Made by a program: the position numbers and the translations under genes. A DNA stretch of 44,580 bases, taken from NCBI GenBank assembly GCA_020717925.1, contig DYDL01000002.1, positions 1 through 44,580 of the forward strand. The letters run 5' to 3'. Positions 1-10,095 of this stretch are shown here, piece after piece. The number at the start of each line of letters is the position of its first letter. Position 1 is the stretch's first letter. This stretch comes from Desulfocapsa sp. GTDB lineage: Bacteria > Desulfobacterota > Desulfobulbia > Desulfobulbales > CG2-30-60-27. A model generated the notes under the pieces. The model made no database searches and was not told where the DNA came from. It saw only the letters and a list, made by a program, of their open reading frames with translations.

Positions 1-54
1 ACCCCGATCCGCAGGTGGCCGAGATTGCCCGGGACATAATGCAGCCGAACCTGG

Positions 55-345
55 CTATCCCGCGGTAGCGTGCAACTTTAGACCAAGCGCCTTGACCACT
101 TTGAGAACCGTGTCAAAAGCGGGATTACGCTCTCCTGACAATGACTTGTACAGGCTCTCGCGCGAGAGGCCCGTTTCCACGGCAATCTGGGCCATGCCCT
201 TAGCACGGGCAATGTCTCCCAAGGCTTTGGCGATGAACAAGGCGTCACCGCCGCTTTCCTCAATGCAGGCGTCCAGATACAAGGCCATTTCTTCTTGGGT
301 TCTCAGATGGTCTGCGACATCATAACGGGTTGTTTTGAGTGCCAT
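55..345 (-). CDS. higA: HigA-type HTH antitoxin (addiction-module antidote family)
   Basis: 96-aa ORF. The segment 'GMAQIAVETGLSRESLYKSLSGERNPAFDTVLKVVKALGLKL' is the Xre-type HTH tail typical of antidote proteins encoded after HigB-like killers. It starts 9 nt after the toxin ORF stop. Confidence 0.8.
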   Translation of the reverse strand: MALKTTRYDVADHLRTQEEMALYLDACIEESGGDALFIAKALGDIARAKGMAQIAVETGLSRESLYKSLSGERNPAFDTVLKVVKALGLKLHATAG

Positions 346-354
346 GATCCGCTC

Positions 355-642
355 CTATTCCCGCGCCAGACGCAACGCGGTTTGAATGTCCTTGGTCTGC
401 GTACGCTTGTCGCCGCCCGCCAGCAATATCACCAGTTCCCAGCCACGCTGTACAAAATAGACCCGATATCCCGGGCCATAGTGAATGCGAAGCTCATAAA
501 CCCCTTCACCCACCGATTCAACATCACCGGGGTTGCCCGCCGCCAACCGTTCAATGCGCGCTTGCACCTTGGCACGCGCCCTTAAATCACGCAGGCCATC
601 AAGCCATTTGACAAAGATTTCAGTTTTCCGAATCTCCACCAT
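355..642 (-). CDS. higB: HigB/RelE-type addiction-module killer protein
   Basis: 'WLDGLRDLRARAKVQARIERLAAGNPGDVESVGEGVYELRIHYGPGYRVYFVQRGWELVILLAGGDKRTQTKDI' matches the killer-protein family pattern. The toxin-first order is typical of HigBA. The ATG at 642 is preferred over the TTG at 648 used by the ORF track. Confidence 0.8.
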   Translation of the reverse strand: MVEIRKTEIFVKWLDGLRDLRARAKVQARIERLAAGNPGDVESVGEGVYELRIHYGPGYRVYFVQRGWELVILLAGGDKRTQTKDIQTALRLARE

Positions 643-645
643 GAA

Positions 646-673
646 CAAATTGTAGCCATTTGGCTACAATTTG
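646..673. promoter_or_regulatory. Perfect 13+13 bp palindrome (2-nt centre), probable HigBA operator
   Basis: CAAATTGTAGCCA tt TGGCTACAATTTG lies immediately upstream of the higB start codon. Confidence 0.6.
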
Positions 674-720
674 TCAAAGAGACATTCTTGCCTGGGTTGG
701 TACCGGAAGTTGCCGAGTCA

Positions 721-749
721 TTGACATACCCCTTTGTTACACGTATACT
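721..749 (+). promoter_or_regulatory. Sigma70-like promoter for the RHH-antitoxin/mazF operon
   Basis: TTGACA (721-726), 17-nt spacer, TATACT (744-749). An AGGGAGG RBS follows at 762-768. Confidence 0.55.
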
Positions 750-774
750 ACACGCATAACAAGGGAGGATGCCG

Positions 775-1005
775 ATGCAAAAAAAATTGACCATAACCGT
801 GGATGAAGAGGTTTACACCGGCCTTTACAAGACCGTCGGCCCGCGCAAAATCAGCAAATTTGTGGAGGATTTGGTTCGTCCGTATGTAATTCGCCCTAAC
901 ATGGAACTATCCTACTCCCAGATGGCAAAAGACAAAAAACGGGAGGCCGAGGCCTTGGATTGGGCGGAAACAACTTTTCAGGACATTGCACATGAAAAGG
1001 GGTGA
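775..1005 (+). CDS. Ribbon-helix-helix type II antitoxin paired with MazF
   Basis: The N-terminus 'KKLTITVDEEVYTGL' looks like an RHH strand-helix. The gene overlaps the downstream MazF gene by 14 nt. The ATG at 775 has better RBS spacing than the ATG at 769. Confidence 0.65.
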   Translation: MQKKLTITVDEEVYTGLYKTVGPRKISKFVEDLVRPYVIRPNMELSYSQMAKDKKREAEALDWAETTFQDIAHEKG

Positions 1006-1315
1006 GGTCTGGTGGGTTAACTTCGATCCCAGCGTGGGCGGCGAGATCAGGAGAAAACGCCCGGCGGTGATCGTCAGCAACGATGCCGCCAACAAATTCC
1101 TCAATCGCGTGCAAGTCGTGCCGCTGACCAGCAAGACCGATCATCTTTATCCAAGCGAGGTCCGGGTTTTATTTGACGACAAAGAGAGCAAGGCCATGGC
1201 CGATCAGTTGGCCACGGTAAGCAAATTACGACTGTATAAACGTGCGGGTCTGATTTCCGATGCAGACATGCTCAGGATAAACGAGGCGATCAAAGTTCAA
1301 CTGGATATTTACTGA
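992..1315 (+). CDS. mazF: MazF/PemK family endoribonuclease toxin
   Basis: 'MKRGEVWWVNFDPSVGGEIRRKRPAVIVSND...VVPLTS' is the canonical MazF/PemK N-terminal pattern. Confidence 0.85.
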   Translation: MKRGEVWWVNFDPSVGGEIRRKRPAVIVSNDAANKFLNRVQVVPLTSKTDHLYPSEVRVLFDDKESKAMADQLATVSKLRLYKRAGLISDADMLRINEAIKVQLDIY

Positions 1316-1382
1316 CAGGCGGGCTGCCCCTAAGTCACTAAAGCCGGAGCGTCCCGTTTCTCCCTCTCGTTTCCCCTCTAAT

Positions 1383-2144
1383 TCAGCCTATTCTCCACGG
1401 CTCAGAAGCGTCCATCGTACGCCTCGCGTTTCGCGCCGCCTCGAAAATTGCCGAAGAAGCCGTCGCGGCGGCAGTGACTTCAAGAGCTACAACAACTTCG
1501 TGAAGTTTCAGGAGAACTGCCTCGACAAATTCCTGCCGCTTGTATCGTGACGGATGGCCGTGCAACATGAAACGACCAGTATCTGAATCGAACAGGTCCA
1601 TAGCCGTTTCATAAGCGCCATGCACATACGCGTCATAGGTCTTGTTTAGGAACCTATGCGTGGTCAGTAACTGCACCCGGTCCAGCTTCGCATTGTTAGC
1701 CTGCCGCACTTCTGCCTTCATCAACTCTTCGCGACTTACATAGTTGCCGCGCTCTGCCGCAGCAAACGCCTCGGGAGTTCGTGGCAAGGGGACAAAGTAC
1801 GCGTTTACAAAGCTTCCCACGGCACGCGGGAGTTCACCCCCACTATTCAGTGCCTCGCCTATTGCATTAATTTCGATACAGAAGTCGGAAACGATTCTCA
1901 ACAGGGAGGCGCACTCTGTTACATAGCCCAAATCTGCGAGCACGAGCGCCGCATGAATGCCACTCACTGCCCGGATGCACTTTCCAATCATGACTGCATG
2001 GGGTCTGTGTTCACGGAATTCCAGGCGAACAACCTCAGAACCCTCGACGAACTGACGAGGAGGCATTAGTGGAGCGGCGAGGCCGTCTACCCACTCATCG
2101 AGCTTGTCAACTAATGCACGCCCAAAGTCGAACCCAGCAGGCAT
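1383..2144 (-). CDS. Hypothetical protein, apparently all-helical, no family recognised
   Basis: 253-aa ORF with coding-like composition and no competing ORF. I recognise no motif in it. Confidence 0.55.
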   Translation of the reverse strand: MPAGFDFGRALVDKLDEWVDGLAAPLMPPRQFVEGSEVVRLEFREHRPHAVMIGKCIRAVSGIHAALVLADLGYVTECASLLRIVSDFCIEINAIGEALNSGGELPRAVGSFVNAYFVPLPRTPEAFAAAERGNYVSREELMKAEVRQANNAKLDRVQLLTTHRFLNKTYDAYVHGAYETAMDLFDSDTGRFMLHGHPSRYKRQEFVEAVLLKLHEVVVALEVTAAATASSAIFEAARNARRTMDASEPWRIG

Positions 2145-2253
2145 GGTGCCCTCGGAGGATGATTCGAGAAACTAGTCGGGGAAATGCCAACAAGTTGCCT
2201 TGAGAAGTGGCCGCCCCCTTCGGTACCAGCACCGACTGCCTTCAAAAAAGCCT

Positions 2254-2352
2254 TTACTCCTTCCAATCCGGCCGCAAATACAACTCCGTCAACTGCTTCC
2301 TGGCCACCGGCGCCGGGCGTCGGTGAGCAGGAAGGTGACTTTTTGGGAAAAC
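2254..2352 (-). pseudogene. Relic copy of the aspS 3' end (insertion scar / att-like direct repeat)
   Basis: 2254-2280 is identical to 4437-4463, the last 8 aspS codons plus TAA. The relic reads VARKQLTELYLRPDWKE*, against VARKQLTELHLRPDWKE* in the live gene. Similarity continues to about 2350 and includes a 1-nt indel. Confidence 0.8.
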
Positions 2353-2532
2353 TCCCATTAACCCTGCCTGTGTGCTGCCTATGCTGTTCAAGGTATGCTG
2401 CTGCGGGAACCGTTTTGCAGGCGCTTACAGAAAAGCTGACCATGGTAAGGGCGGGCAGCACCTTCGTTGACTTGTGAAAGATATGACCTCTTGCTCAGAT
2501 AGCCCCCGTGTCTTCTTTGGAGTGGTCTTTGC

Positions 2533-3078
2533 TTACGCAGCGGCTAAAAGTCCCCTCGCGGCATCCATCTGCCTATCGAGTTCGATCAGAGTCGTTTGCG
2601 CTTCTTCCAGGGAAACATGCGATTTCAGAGCATGAATTTTCTCTGCACGTTGCCTCTCTTCAACCTGCAGTTCCTTGGTGACGTAAAGGGCGGTGGCAAG
2701 TTTTTCCAGTTCCGCTACATTTTTATTGCCAAGCCAATGACCCAGGAAGGCAATTTTCTCTGCATAGCGGTTAATGGTTTTAGGGAAAGTTTCCTTAAGG
2801 TCAGCCCAAGCGCGCCCTGGCAGCATGCGTGGCCCATAAGGGTTCTGCGGCACGACCTTTAACAAGTTGTCGGCCCGGAGGCTGCCTAATTCTTCACTCA
2901 GATCAAAAGAATATGGTCCATGCTTATAAAGGATAAAATCGTGCCCAAGATCGCTTTCCAGCATCTGCTGCAAGAAATAGGTTGCTTTCTGGATATGGGT
3001 TTCTCCGCACCAACTACCATTATTTTCTAATTTTTCAACTAACGAAAGCAGTATTGCGACGCGAGCCATTCTTTTCAT
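2533..3078 (-). CDS. Small partner protein, Panacea (SocA/DUF4065)-like or YwgA-like
   Basis: Its ATG (3078-3076) overlaps the TGA (3077-3075) of the HD gene as ATGA. The core 'GETHIQKATYFLQQ...FILYKHGPYSFDLSEEL' resembles the Panacea/YwgA pattern. This is a motif-level judgement only. Confidence 0.6.
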   Translation of the reverse strand: MKRMARVAILLSLVEKLENNGSWCGETHIQKATYFLQQMLESDLGHDFILYKHGPYSFDLSEELGSLRADNLLKVVPQNPYGPRMLPGRAWADLKETFPKTINRYAEKIAFLGHWLGNKNVAELEKLATALYVTKELQVEERQRAEKIHALKSHVSLEEAQTTLIELDRQMDAARGLLAAA

Positions 3079-4382
3079 TGATCTTCCTCCTCTTCCATCC
3101 TCTGGATAATATCCTTCTTGTTTTCCGCGAGCCATCGGACGGCTTTTTCTTTAACCATGGGGCTGATGAAAACAGAGTCAACGACAATTGAGGGAATGGT
3201 AGGGATGATTTCGGATAAAACCCAAGATGAAACTATTCCATTCATGGAGGTAAGTACAGGAAAATCTATAATTCCGGCGTTTTTACTGTATTGGTCGCGG
3301 CGCACGGTTTCCGCGCCAAATTCAGCAGATACAGCTTCATAGATCATTTTCACGGATTCCAAATTGACTTTGATGTCATCCGGGTTTCTTTCATATAGCA
3401 GACGGTAATGCCCCCGATTACAGATAGTAAGGGCCGGCAGATGGCCTGGATTTTTTTCATCTGCCGCCGCTTTGCGGATTTCGGTGGTGATTTCGGCATC
3501 AGTGATCTGGAGATGACTGTGAATGTCGGTTGAATATTTCCCCCCTGGCAAGGTAGCAAGCAAAAACTCTTTCAAGTGAATGTCGTAAATTCTCCGGACC
3601 GGATGACAGTAAAGCTGGGTGAACATGAAGTGCCTAGCCAGAATTAGGGCTTCGGCGGAGTGCAGTCCACCCGCTTCCACCCCGAGGGTCGGTTCAGATT
3701 GGTGGTTTTCACCCGATGGCAGAATCCGCAACGTGTCGATCAGACGATAATGATCGAATTTTCCGTAGGCCACCCCGGCATGCAGCGAATCACGGAGTAA
3801 ATAATCAATACGATCGACACCAAAGGCATTGCCGGTGATGATTTCCGCAAGGATGGCCTCCCAGCTAGTGAATGTTGCCGTGGGCAATTCCTTCGGTCCC
3901 AAGGCCAGTTTGGCGATATGGTCACTCTTCAGGGGCGGTGTGAGAGAATTCCACAGACGTTCCATTTCCGGACTTTTGATCAAAACAAGGGTAAGGTCCT
4001 CGTGGGTTTTCTTATCGGGCAGCAATTCTTCGGCCGCATGAGAAAATGGCAAGTGGCCGATATCGTGACAAAGTGCCGCCATCCTAAGAACGCGCCGCCA
4101 ATATCGCAACTCGTCGGTGGCCGGAAAAATATCCCGGCAGCCCTCATGCCGGTTTTCCTCGTCGGTGATTACATCGAAAACCCGGCTGGCAAGATGCAAC
4201 ACTCCCAGGGAATGCTCGAACCGTCGGTGCGTAGCACCCGGGTAAACAAGATAGGTCAAGGCAAGCTGGTGAATATGCCGAAGGCGCTGCACAGGAACTG
4301 AATTGAGAACTTCACGTTCGGCGGTGTCGATTTTGACAAATACCGCAACAGGATCACGGATTTCGTGGAATCTTTTTGTCAT
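3075..4382 (-). CDS. HD-domain phosphohydrolase, SAMHD1/EF1143/YwfO-like (COG1078; probable dNTP triphosphohydrolase)
   Basis: Motifs present: 'RLRHIHQL', 'HRRFEHSLGVLHLA', 'AALCHDIGHLPFSHAAE' and 'VDRIDYLLRDSLHAGV'. Confidence 0.8.
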   Translation of the reverse strand: MTKRFHEIRDPVAVFVKIDTAEREVLNSVPVQRLRHIHQLALTYLVYPGATHRRFEHSLGVLHLASRVFDVITDEENRHEGCRDIFPATDELRYWRRVLRMAALCHDIGHLPFSHAAEELLPDKKTHEDLTLVLIKSPEMERLWNSLTPPLKSDHIAKLALGPKELPTATFTSWEAILAEIITGNAFGVDRIDYLLRDSLHAGVAYGKFDHYRLIDTLRILPSGENHQSEPTLGVEAGGLHSAEALILARHFMFTQLYCHPVRRIYDIHLKEFLLATLPGGKYSTDIHSHLQITDAEITTEIRKAAADEKNPGHLPALTICNRGHYRLLYERNPDDIKVNLESVKMIYEAVSAEFGAETVRRDQYSKNAGIIDFPVLTSMNGIVSSWVLSEIIPTIPSIVVDSVFISPMVKEKAVRWLAENKKDIIQRMEEEEDQ

Positions 4383-4436
4383 TATTTTCCCCGTTCTTGT
4401 TGTCGGGTTAGTGTCCTTTTGAGGAAGAAATTCTTT

Positions 4437-6221
<1,785 letters not shown>

Positions 6222-6245
6222 GGTTTACTCCTTGTTGGCTGGGTC

Positions 6246-7520
6246 TCAGCCCACCAAGATTCTTGCGGCCAGAGCGGCCGCCCAATTCTGTAGATTGTCG
6301 CTCAAGGCCAGGGTGTCCTGGCTGCCGGCGGTCATGTCGCGCAGCACCGCCTGGCCGCTGGCCAGTTCCTCGTCGCCCAGAATGAGGGCAAAGCGCGCGC
6401 CCAGCTTGCCGGCCTGCTTCATCTGGCTTTTCAAGCTCTTGTTGTCATGTTCCATGGCTACCCGCACGCCTTGGCCACGCAGGGCGTGCGCCATGCGGAA
6501 GCCCTGCTTGCACGCGGTCTCGCCCAGGGCAGCGAGATAGAGGTCGATGGTGGCCGGGGTGGTGCCAGCACCCTGCTCGGCCAGCAGCAGGGCCAGCCGC
6601 TCCATGCCCATGCCAAAGCCGATGCCCGGCAGCTTGGGCCCGCCCAGTTGGGCCACCAGGCCATCGTAGCGGCCGCCGGCTCCCACCGCGCTCTGGGCGC
6701 CCAACTGGTCGGTCACCAGTTCAAAGGTGGTGCGGGTATAGTAGTCCAATCCGCGCACCATGAACTTGTTGCGCATGGCTGGGATACCCAGCAGATCCAG
6801 CCCCTGCTCCACGGCGGTGAAGTGCTCGGCGCAGCCCGGGCAGAGGTAGTCGATGATGGCCGGCGCCGTCTGATACTGTTCCCGGCAATGGCTGCTCTTG
6901 CAGTCCAAAACGCGCAGCGGGTTGGTGAGCCGCCGCCGTTCGCAGTCCTCGCAAAGGCTACCGGCGCGGGCCGCAAGAAAATCATCCAGGGCCGCCTTGA
7001 AGTCGGGCCGGCAGGCCGGGCAGCCCAGGGAGTTGATCTCCAGGCGCACAGTAAGGCCGAGTTCGGTGAGCACCATCCAGGCCATGGCCATGACCTCGGC
7101 GTCCAGCCGCGGATGATCCGCGCCCAGCACCTCGGCCGAGAGCTGATGGAACTGCCTGAGCCTTCCCTTCTGCGGCCGTTCGTGGCGAAACATGGGGCCT
7201 ATGGTGTAGAGCCGCTGCACCGGCTGCAGCGTGTGCAGGCTGTGTTCGATGAAGGCGCGCAGTACCGGCGCCGTGCCTTCGGGCCGCAGGGAGAGGGAGG
7301 TGCCGTTGCGGTCGATGAAGGTGTACATCTCCTTCTCGACGATGTCCGTGGCCTCCCCGATGGAACGGACGAACAGATCGGTCTTCTCCAGGATAGGCAC
7401 CCGGATCTCGGCAAAGCCGAAGCGGTGAAAGACCTCGCGGGCGGTCCGTTCGATCAGTTGCCAGACCGCGCTTTCGGCGGGCAGTATGTCTTTGAAACCC
7501 TTAAGGGCCTGGACCTTCAC
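6246..7520 (-). CDS. hisS: Histidine--tRNA ligase
   Basis: Contains 'ALKGFKDILP', 'YTIGPMFRHERPQKGRLRQFHQ' and 'GGGRYDGL'. A GTG start at 7520 fits the family N-terminus. The ORF stays open up to a TTG at 7583. Confidence 0.9.
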   Translation of the reverse strand: MKVQALKGFKDILPAESAVWQLIERTAREVFHRFGFAEIRVPILEKTDLFVRSIGEATDIVEKEMYTFIDRNGTSLSLRPEGTAPVLRAFIEHSLHTLQPVQRLYTIGPMFRHERPQKGRLRQFHQLSAEVLGADHPRLDAEVMAMAWMVLTELGLTVRLEINSLGCPACRPDFKAALDDFLAARAGSLCEDCERRRLTNPLRVLDCKSSHCREQYQTAPAIIDYLCPGCAEHFTAVEQGLDLLGIPAMRNKFMVRGLDYYTRTTFELVTDQLGAQSAVGAGGRYDGLVAQLGGPKLPGIGFGMGMERLALLLAEQGAGTTPATIDLYLAALGETACKQGFRMAHALRGQGVRVAMEHDNKSLKSQMKQAGKLGARFALILGDEELASGQAVLRDMTAGSQDTLALSDNLQNWAAALAARILVG

Positions 7521-7625
7521 CCATGCGCTCCCGTGGTAGGGCAGGCTGCCCCGATGCAAGGGGAGCCGGCCGGATGATGCCAATCCGCCGGAAAACCCGA
7601 CGAATCAACGATCTGAAAAGGCGCG

Positions 7626-7654
7626 ACTTTATTCCAAACAGGGTAAAAAGTCAA
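7626..7654 (-). promoter_or_regulatory. Possible sigma70-like promoter for hisS-aspS
   Basis: On the minus strand: TTGACT (7654-7649), 17-nt spacer, TAAAGT (7631-7626). Confidence 0.3.
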
Positions 7655-7722
7655 GCAGCAGCGGGTTCCGGCCTCAGCAGCGCTCCACCTCGCCGACCAT
7701 CAGGTCGGCAGGTTCTTCCCCA

Positions 7723-9816
7723 TCATCGCCTCACGGCCATGAGCACCACCGCGCCCATGGCCGCCACCTCTACGCTGTCCGAGACCATGGGCACGCCCTG
7801 CCCGGGGGCAGCGATGTCGCCGGGCGACGGGGCCGCCGTATCGATCACCCGCAGCCACTGGCAGCCCTTCCGCGGTGCTGGCAGCTCAAAGCTCCGGGGC
7901 TGACGGTGGCCGTTCAGCATAACAAAGAAATCACCATCCGCCGCGCCCGGCACGGCCCGGCCGTCCAGTAGAAAGGCCAGGGTCTTGCACTCCGGCGACC
8001 AATCCTGCTGGCCCCGTTTCGTGGACTGCCAATGGATCTCACCGCCCCCCTCACTCTCGCCCGACGGAAAAAAGGTGGTGCGCCGGAACACGGCATGGCC
8101 CTTGCGCATGGCGATGAGCAGCCGGAAGAAACGGAGCAGCCCCTTGTTCTTCCTGGCCAGACTCCAATCGACCCATCCCAGTTCATTGTCCTGGCAGTAA
8201 GCGTTGTTGTTGCCCTGCTGGGTGCGGCCGAACTCGTCGCCGGCCAGCAGCATGGGCACCCCCTGGGAAAGGAAGAGAATGACCGCGAAGGTCCGCACCC
8301 GGCGGGCGCGCAGAGCCTGAATGCGGCGGTTGCCGGTGTCGCCCTCAATACCGCTGTTCCAACTGATGTTGTGGTCGCAACCGTCGCGGTTGTCCTCGCC
8401 GTTGGCCAGGTTGTGCTTGATGTTGTAACTCACCAGGTCGCTCAAGGTGAAGCCGTCGTGACTGGTGACGAAGTTGATGGAGTTCAGCGGGCTCAGGGTA
8501 CTGCGCTGATAGAGGTCTGAACTGCCGGCAATGCGGGTGGCCAGGCGACGCACGGCGTCCTCCTGGCCGCAGAGAAAGGCCCGCACGTCGTCGCGGAAGT
8601 GACCGTTCCACTCGCCCCAACGGTGGTTGTCGGAGAAGCGTCCCACCTGGTACAGTCCGCCGGCGTCCCATGCCTCGGCAATAATCTTGGTGCGGGACAG
8701 CACCGGATCCTCGGCGATCTGGTCCACCATGGGCGGGTCGGCCAGGATCCTGCCCGTGGCGTCGCGGCCCATGACCGAGGCCAGGTCGAAGCGGAAGCCG
8801 TCGACGTGCATCTCGGTAACCCAGTAGCGCAGACAGTCCACGATAAGCTGCCGCACCACCGTATGGTTGCAGTGCAGGGTGTTGCCACAGCCGGAAAAGT
8901 TGAGATAGTCGCGGTTGTGCCGGTCGAGCATGTAGTAGATGGTGTTGTCCAGGCCGCGGAAGCTTACCACCGGGCCATCGCCGCCGCCCTCGGCCGTGTG
9001 GTTGTAGACCACATCAAGGATGACCTCAATGCCCGCCCGATGCAGGGCCTTGACCATCTCCTTGAATTCCCGCACCTGGTTGCCGTGGTGGGAATCGCTG
9101 GCATAGCCCGCCTTGGGGGCGAAAAAGGCCAGGGGGCTGTAACCCCAAAGGTTGCGCAGCCGCTCGCCGGTGACCGGATTGTGTTGCAGCAATTCGTTCT
9201 CGTTGAACTCGGCCACGGGCATGAGTTCCAGGGCAGTCACCCCCAGTTCGCGCAGATAGGGGATTTTGTCGATCAGGCCGGCATAGGTGCCCGGGTGAGC
9301 CACCGCACCGCTCACGTGGTTGGTGAAACCGCGGACGTGCAGTTCGTAGATCACCGAGTCCCGCAGTGGAATGTTCAGGGGCCGGTCACCCTCCCAGTCA
9401 AAGGATGCGTCCGGTAGGAGGCAACGCCGCAGCCAGCCCCGCTCATGGCCACTACCAGGATCTGGCATCCGGCCCCACTGCTCGCCGCCGGCCAGAGCCC
9501 GGGCATAGGGATCGAGCAGCACGTGGTCAGCGGCAAACCGGTGACCGGAGCCGGCCGGGTCATAGGGCCCGGTCACCCGAAAGCCATACTGAATATCCGG
9601 CGGCAGGTCGTGCACCAGGACGTGCCAGATATCGCCGGTACGGTTGATGGCCGGGTCGAGTTTAATGACCGCGCCGGGCTTGGTGGCTGCCGACGAAAAA
9701 AACAGCAGGGCCACCCCCTCGGCATGCCTGGAGAACAGGGAAAAGTTGACGCCAACGGCCACACGGGTCGGGCCGTGGGGCAGGGGAAAGCCCGGGCTGG
9801 TAACAAAGGTCTTCAT
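7723..9816 (-). CDS. glgX: Glycogen debranching enzyme (isoamylase, GH13)
   Basis: 697 aa. Contains 'YNHTAEG', 'GFRFDLA', 'EAWD', 'FVTSHDGFTL' and 'QGVPMLLAGDEFGRTQQGNNNAY'. Confidence 0.9.
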   Translation of the reverse strand: MKTFVTSPGFPLPHGPTRVAVGVNFSLFSRHAEGVALLFFSSAATKPGAVIKLDPAINRTGDIWHVLVHDLPPDIQYGFRVTGPYDPAGSGHRFAADHVLLDPYARALAGGEQWGRMPDPGSGHERGWLRRCLLPDASFDWEGDRPLNIPLRDSVIYELHVRGFTNHVSGAVAHPGTYAGLIDKIPYLRELGVTALELMPVAEFNENELLQHNPVTGERLRNLWGYSPLAFFAPKAGYASDSHHGNQVREFKEMVKALHRAGIEVILDVVYNHTAEGGGDGPVVSFRGLDNTIYYMLDRHNRDYLNFSGCGNTLHCNHTVVRQLIVDCLRYWVTEMHVDGFRFDLASVMGRDATGRILADPPMVDQIAEDPVLSRTKIIAEAWDAGGLYQVGRFSDNHRWGEWNGHFRDDVRAFLCGQEDAVRRLATRIAGSSDLYQRSTLSPLNSINFVTSHDGFTLSDLVSYNIKHNLANGEDNRDGCDHNISWNSGIEGDTGNRRIQALRARRVRTFAVILFLSQGVPMLLAGDEFGRTQQGNNNAYCQDNELGWVDWSLARKNKGLLRFFRLLIAMRKGHAVFRRTTFFPSGESEGGGEIHWQSTKRGQQDWSPECKTLAFLLDGRAVPGAADGDFFVMLNGHRQPRSFELPAPRKGCQWLRVIDTAAPSPGDIAAPGQGVPMVSDSVEVAAMGAVVLMAVRR

Positions 9817-9926
9817 ATGAGCCGCAAAGTTGCAACAGTGTAACGACGATGCGCGGGCCGCAAACAGCCCAGCGCGCCATTGCCAGAAAGCTATTCCGGC
9901 AATATACTATTGCAATAATCGCTTGT

Positions 9927-10095
9927 CTTTAAAATAGCGGGCAAGAAAAGAGAGGTTGTTTAGTCTGTAGACCGTTAGGGGTGCCGCCACAAACGCCTCC
10001 GCCAAGAGTAACCCCTTGCAGGTCGGACAGGCAGTTCCAAACTTAACTACGTGGTGGATTGCTTGTTTGCCTATTCACCTAAACACCTACAGACC
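9927..10095 (-). repeat. Bipartite conserved intergenic element, copy A (upstream of glgX)
   Basis: Reverse-complemented blocks 10076-10095, 9953-9978 and 9927-9938 match blocks 38237-38257, 38305-38330 and 38336-38347 upstream of selD. Confidence 0.6.

Noticed and set aside
1-68. Possible 3' end of a plus-strand gene (…PDPQVAEIARDIMQPNLAIPR*, TAG at 66-68).
   Set aside because: Only 22 codons are visible, and it overlaps the higA 3' end by 14 nt. It cannot be identified or confirmed from this fragment.
2111-2477. ORFs 2111-2461 (-) and 2184-2477 (+) in the gap left of the HD cassette.
   Set aside because: This region is the decayed aspS 3' relic plus spacer. The minus ORF reads the relic out of frame and overlaps the start of the 253-aa gene. 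There is no RBS and no protein-like composition.
9953-9978. I considered reading the shared glgX/selD upstream blocks as a -35/-10 promoter (TAAACA ... TATTTT).
   Set aside because: The spacer between the putative hexamers is about 20 nt in one copy and about 11 nt in the other. A common sigma70 promoter is therefore not supported. I kept the blocks as an unexplained conserved element instead.
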